NCBI GenBank assembly: GCA_963933835.1
Contig: CAWVVV010000007.1
Coordinates: 1 to 64,000 of the forward strand
Source: an uncultured Puniceicoccaceae bacterium
GTDB lineage: Bacteria > Verrucomicrobiota > Verrucomicrobiia > Opitutales > Oceanipulchritudinaceae
DNA: 64,000 nt
Direction of reading: 5' to 3'
Part shown: positions 60,366 to 64,000 of the stretch, in pieces
Position numbering within the stretch: position 1 is the first letter of the stretch
Layout of the letters: each line of letters starts with the position of its first letter
Position numbers and translations under genes: made by a program
The notes under the pieces: generated by a model
What the model was told of the DNA's origin: nothing
What the model saw: the letters and a program-made list of their open reading frames with translations, nothing else
The model's database searches: none

Positions 60366-61355
60366 CCGCGATGCTACCCATCGATCGAGAAGATCTATTG
60401 CCTGAATCGCGGCGGCGAACCCCACGCGAGAACCCTCAAGTCTCTCAAGGATCGAGGGCTCGACGTATCAAGCGAGCGCATTGAGTCCTTCAGCGCCGAC
60501 CTGACCCTGCCGGACTTTGATCTGGATCCAAACGCGCTAGCAGGAGTCAACCTCGTGATTCACAACGCATGGAGCGTGAATTTCAAGATGGGTGTCTCAT
60601 CTTTTGAAAACCACCTTCAAGGAACGCGTAACCTGATTGATTTCAGCGCCAAGTCGAAGGCTCGCTTTTTCTTTGTCTCATCGGTTTCCGCCGCGGCCCG
60701 CTCGGGCAACCCTATTACGGAATCGCATCTCAATCACTTCACGGACGCTCAACAGATCGGCTACGCTCGTTCGAAACATGTTGCCGAGCGGTTGTGCCTT
60801 CATGCCTCTCTCGCGGGACTCGATGCCCGTGTCTTAAGAGTGGGACAAATCGTGGGTGATACGCGAAAAGGACAGTGGAATGAGACTGAGGCCATTCCGC
60901 TCATGATCCGCGCCGCAGTGAGCATGGGTGCGCTACCCACGCTGAACGACACCCTGAACTGGCTTCCAATCGACGCCGTTGCACAAGTTGTGACGGAGCT
61001 CTGTCATGACCCCGAGCACCGTGACGTCTATCACTTGGTCAATCCAAAGTCCTTCAACTGGGGACAAGATTTACTGCCGATGCTGCGTAGCGCTGGCTTA
61101 AACTTTGAGGAAGTCTCGACGCAAGAATCGCTCGAGCGCCTCGCGACTAGCGATCCAGACCCCGAGGTCAATCCGACGATCAAGCTGCTCGAGTTTTTCA
61201 GAACCAAATACGCTTCGCAGAAGAGCGGACTTGCCGTGAAGTTCGAGACTGAATCGACTGAACGTGTCAGCCCAGCACTGCGGACGGTTGGTGCACCCGA
61301 TGCCACCTTGATTCGCAAAATGGTGGATTACTGGACGCAGCAATGTTGGAAATAG
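60366..61355 (+). pseudogene. Thioester-reductase (extended SDR, NAD_binding_4) domain of NRPS-like/CAR type, 5'-truncated
   Basis: Frame open from 60366: KIYCLNRG...IHNAWSVNF...FFVSSVSA...GYARSK...RVGQIVGD...WNETE; Rossmann GxxGxxG missing. Confidence 0.75.
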
Positions 61356-61580
61356 CCGTAGAAGCCACCACCACAGCGCAACTGGAACTTTAGCGGACTA
61401 CCCCTCTGCTCGCTGACCAATCGTCCGTAGCAAGCCATACGCTGCTAATGGGAAGAGGGCAAAGAACACCCACGGGGAGTATCCAAAAAACGCGACACCA
61501 GAGTATCCGATGAGACTCGTTAGCACCATTGTCGACAGCGCGTAAGGCAATTGAGTGGCCACATGATGCAAGTGATCACA
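61284..61580 (+). repeat. ~297-bp direct repeat, copy 1
   Basis: Matches 62747-63043 (offset 1463) with about 11 mismatches. Confidence 0.93.
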
Positions 61581-61604
61581 CCGCGTTTGGCCCCTTATCC
61601 CAAC

Positions 61605-62579
61605 CTACTTTCCGCCATACCAGATGGCACGACGCCAGTTGTGCGGGTGTAAAGTCTTCAAGGTCGCCTCATCCAGTGGCGGCTGGTCCGAGACTGCGGC
61701 GTTGGCGACTGCCTGCTCGGCATTACGAGTGCCTGCGATCACCGTGCCGACCGCCGAATGCGCTAGCGCAAAGCCCAAGGCCGTCTCCGGCAGACTACGT
61801 GCATTCTCACCAAGACTAGACTTGATACACTCAACCCGCTGCACCGAACGCGCCAAACGGTCACCTTCGAAATAGCCATTCCTAAAATCTCCCTCAGAAA
61901 ATTGATGATCGGCGGCGTATTTACCAGTCAGCACCCCTTCATCAAACGCCACACGCACAATAATACCGACGCCATGCTCTTCGGCCACTGGCAATAATTC
62001 CGCCGCCGGTTCCTGCTCGAAGATATTATAAATCACCTGCAACGAATCAATAATCCCCATCCGCATCAAATCGATTGCACTATTCTGATCATGCTCCGGC
62101 GTCGAGATACCCACCGCACGGATCTTCCCCTCCTGCTTCATCTTTTGCAAAATTTCTAGCGGCTTCGGATCTTTATTCCAGGCACGCGTCCATGTATGCA
62201 ACTGCAGCAAATCAATCGCCTCGACATCTAACTGACGCAGGCGCTCCTCCACATTCTCGCGCAAATGACGCTCACTGTAGCGATCCTCCCAGCGGCAATA
62301 CGGGCTCGGCGGCCACGGTCCAGACATTGGCGGCGTCTTAGTCGCTACAAAAATCTCCTCCGATCGAGACTTCAACAGCTTACCGATTAGCTGTTCGCTA
62401 TGCCCATCGCCATAGCCCTCAGCCGTATCGATGAAATTGACGCCGGAATCCACTGCGCGGTGCAACGCTGCCATCGAGTCAGGATCGCCCTGAGGGCCCC
62501 AACTACCACCAATCGCCCATGCACCAAAACCGATTTCTGAAACGTTCCATCCGAGATCACCAAATTTTCGATATTCCAT
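61605..62579 (-). CDS. Aldo/keto reductase
   Basis: VSEIGFGAWAIGG, FIDTAEGYG.G.SE, IDLLQLH, QVIYNIFEQ; ATG 62579. Confidence 0.93.
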   Translation of the reverse strand: MEYRKFGDLGWNVSEIGFGAWAIGGSWGPQGDPDSMAALHRAVDSGVNFIDTAEGYGDGHSEQLIGKLLKSRSEEIFVATKTPPMSGPWPPSPYCRWEDRYSERHLRENVEERLRQLDVEAIDLLQLHTWTRAWNKDPKPLEILQKMKQEGKIRAVGISTPEHDQNSAIDLMRMGIIDSLQVIYNIFEQEPAAELLPVAEEHGVGIIVRVAFDEGVLTGKYAADHQFSEGDFRNGYFEGDRLARSVQRVECIKSSLGENARSLPETALGFALAHSAVGTVIAGTRNAEQAVANAAVSDQPPLDEATLKTLHPHNWRRAIWYGGK

Positions 62580-62718
62580 GCCGCTGATCGAATCATTGGT
62601 CGCTAAAATCACAAGGTGGAAACTCAACAGACGGGCAAAGCACACTAAAACTCTAACGCGCATGAATTCCTCCGCCCACGATTCCGCCTCCAAAACCTGT
62701 ATTATCGGCGGGGGGCGA

Positions 62719-62748
62719 AAGGGGTCAAACGTGACCCCTTATCCCAAC
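62719..62748. repeat. REP-like hairpin whose tail is repeated at the other end of the AKR gene
   Basis: AAGGGGTCA-AACG-TGACCCCTT; CCCCTTATCCCAAC at 62735-62748 and 61591-61604. Confidence 0.7.
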
Positions 62749-63043
62749 GGTTGGTGCACCCGATGCCACCTTGATTCGCAAAATGATGGATTACTGGACG
62801 CAGCAATGTTGAAAATAGCCGTAGAAGCCACCACCACAGCGCAACTGGAACTTTAGCGGACTACCCCTCTGCTCGCTGACCAATCGTCCGTAGCAAGCCA
62901 TACGCTGCTAATGGGAAGAGGGCAAAGAACACCCACGGGGAGTATCCAAAAAACGCGACACCGGAGTATCCAATGATACTCGCTAGCACCATTGTCGACA
63001 GCGCATAGGGTAATTGGGTGGCCACATGGTGCAAGTGATCACA
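62747..63043 (+). repeat. ~297-bp direct repeat, copy 2
   Basis: Matches 61284-61580. Confidence 0.93.
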
Positions 63044-64000
63044 TCCGGTGGCGACGGAGGACAATACCGTTGTATCCGAAATCGGACTACAATGGTCACC
63101 GAAGATGGCTCCATCCAAAACCGCCGCTGCTGTTAAAATAAACAAAGCCATCTGGCTCGGGTCGCCTGCCCCTAGCGTCCAGACGAAGGGTAGCATGATC
63201 GGAATCATCACCCCCATCGTTCCCCAGCTCGTGCCCATCGCAAAGGCCATCCCCGCCGCGAGCAAGAAGGTGAGCAGCGGCACTGCTACGACCGGCATAC
63301 CATCCCCGACAAGGGAAAGTAAGTAGTAGCTCGTGCCGAGCGATTCACAGATCGTCTTCATCGCCCAGGCCATCGGGAGAATAAAGAGCGTCACGCCCAA
63401 GGTTGGCAGCGAGCCCATATAGGAAGAAGCCGCTTCCACCGGTTTCAGGATGCGTTGTGCTAGAGGCAATGTGATTGCGATAACACCACCAACGATCGCA
63501 GCCCAGAATAGAATCAATGGCACTCCTGGCCCTCCCGCTGGAAGACTTGGATCATAGACCGTGATGCCAAAAATATCCCGCACCCCAGAGAGTGAGAAAT
63601 AGTCCGGAGTCACCCCGTCACGGATTAGGCGACGAGACCCAACATAGAGGATCCCGAACATCACCCCCGAGACCACCGTCACGAGAGGAATGGCTGCGTT
63701 AAACCAGCGAAAAGGCGTGCCTGCTGGTGGCTCTAGTCTTTTCGGGTTTTCGCGCAGAAGCGGCCGCGCATCCAGCGCAATCAAAGTGCCCTCTTTCCGC
63801 GCCCGTTTCTCAGCCTTCAGCATGGGGCCGAAGTCCCGCTGGGTGAGAATGTTAATCGCAAGAAACATGATCGTCCCCCAGCAGTAAAACCGCACCGGGA
63901 CCATCTGCACAAAGATCGCATAGCCCCCCGTTTCGAGCCCAAGCGATTGGGCCATTGAACCTAGGAGCCATACTTCGTATGCGATCCAGCTCGAAATAAC
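62861..64000 (-). CDS. Na+/H+ antiporter NhaC-family protein (5' end beyond the window)
   Basis: GTSWGTMG, GAIFGDHCSPISDTTVLSS, HVATQLPYA; frame open to the window edge. Confidence 0.88.
   Translation of the reverse strand, partial: VISSWIAYEVWLLGSMAQSLGLETGGYAIFVQMVPVRFYCWGTIMFLAINILTQRDFGPMLKAEKRARKEGTLIALDARPLLRENPKRLEPPAGTPFRWFNAAIPLVTVVSGVMFGILYVGSRRLIRDGVTPDYFSLSGVRDIFGITVYDPSLPAGGPGVPLILFWAAIVGGVIAITLPLAQRILKPVEAASSYMGSLPTLGVTLFILPMAWAMKTICESLGTSYYLLSLVGDGMPVVAVPLLTFLLAAGMAFAMGTSWGTMGVMIPIMLPFVWTLGAGDPSQMALFILTAAAVLDGAIFGDHCSPISDTTVLSSVATGCDHLHHVATQLPYALSTMVLASIIGYSGVAFFGYSPWVFFALFPLAAYGLLRTIGQRAEG

Overview
Bacterial chromosome segment, probably from a Verrucomicrobiota (Opitutae-like), possibly marine, organism. 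This is inferred from a PEP-CTERM protein, a GldA/F/G + DUF4340 + AsmA block, a TGS-less ThrS, Trp-rich exported-protein domains and a PL7 alginate lyase; no database search was run. The core backbone (mla-type ABC system, recD2, hemC/D/B, ilvN/C, mscS, tRNA-Gly, SWIM-SNF2, accB/C, pyrD, rpiB, thrS, recQ-like, nhaC-like) is interrupted by several accessory insertions. (1) At the left edge is a duplicated module of a BspA LRR adhesin plus a small exported nuclease-fold protein, around a tRNA-Ser 3' att remnant. (2) An 8.9-kb island carries a two-component system and a furan/cyclopropane fatty-acid cluster. It is bracketed by a perfect 71-bp repeat that looks like the oriIS end of an internally deleted IS91/ISCR-like element. 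(3) Two single-gene cassettes are each flanked by ~300-bp duplications of neighbouring gene 3' ends, with an identical core, synonymously diverged edges and REP-like hairpins at the junctions. Many accessory genes are damaged: three in-frame stops, two homopolymer frameshifts, and several internal or 5' deletions.
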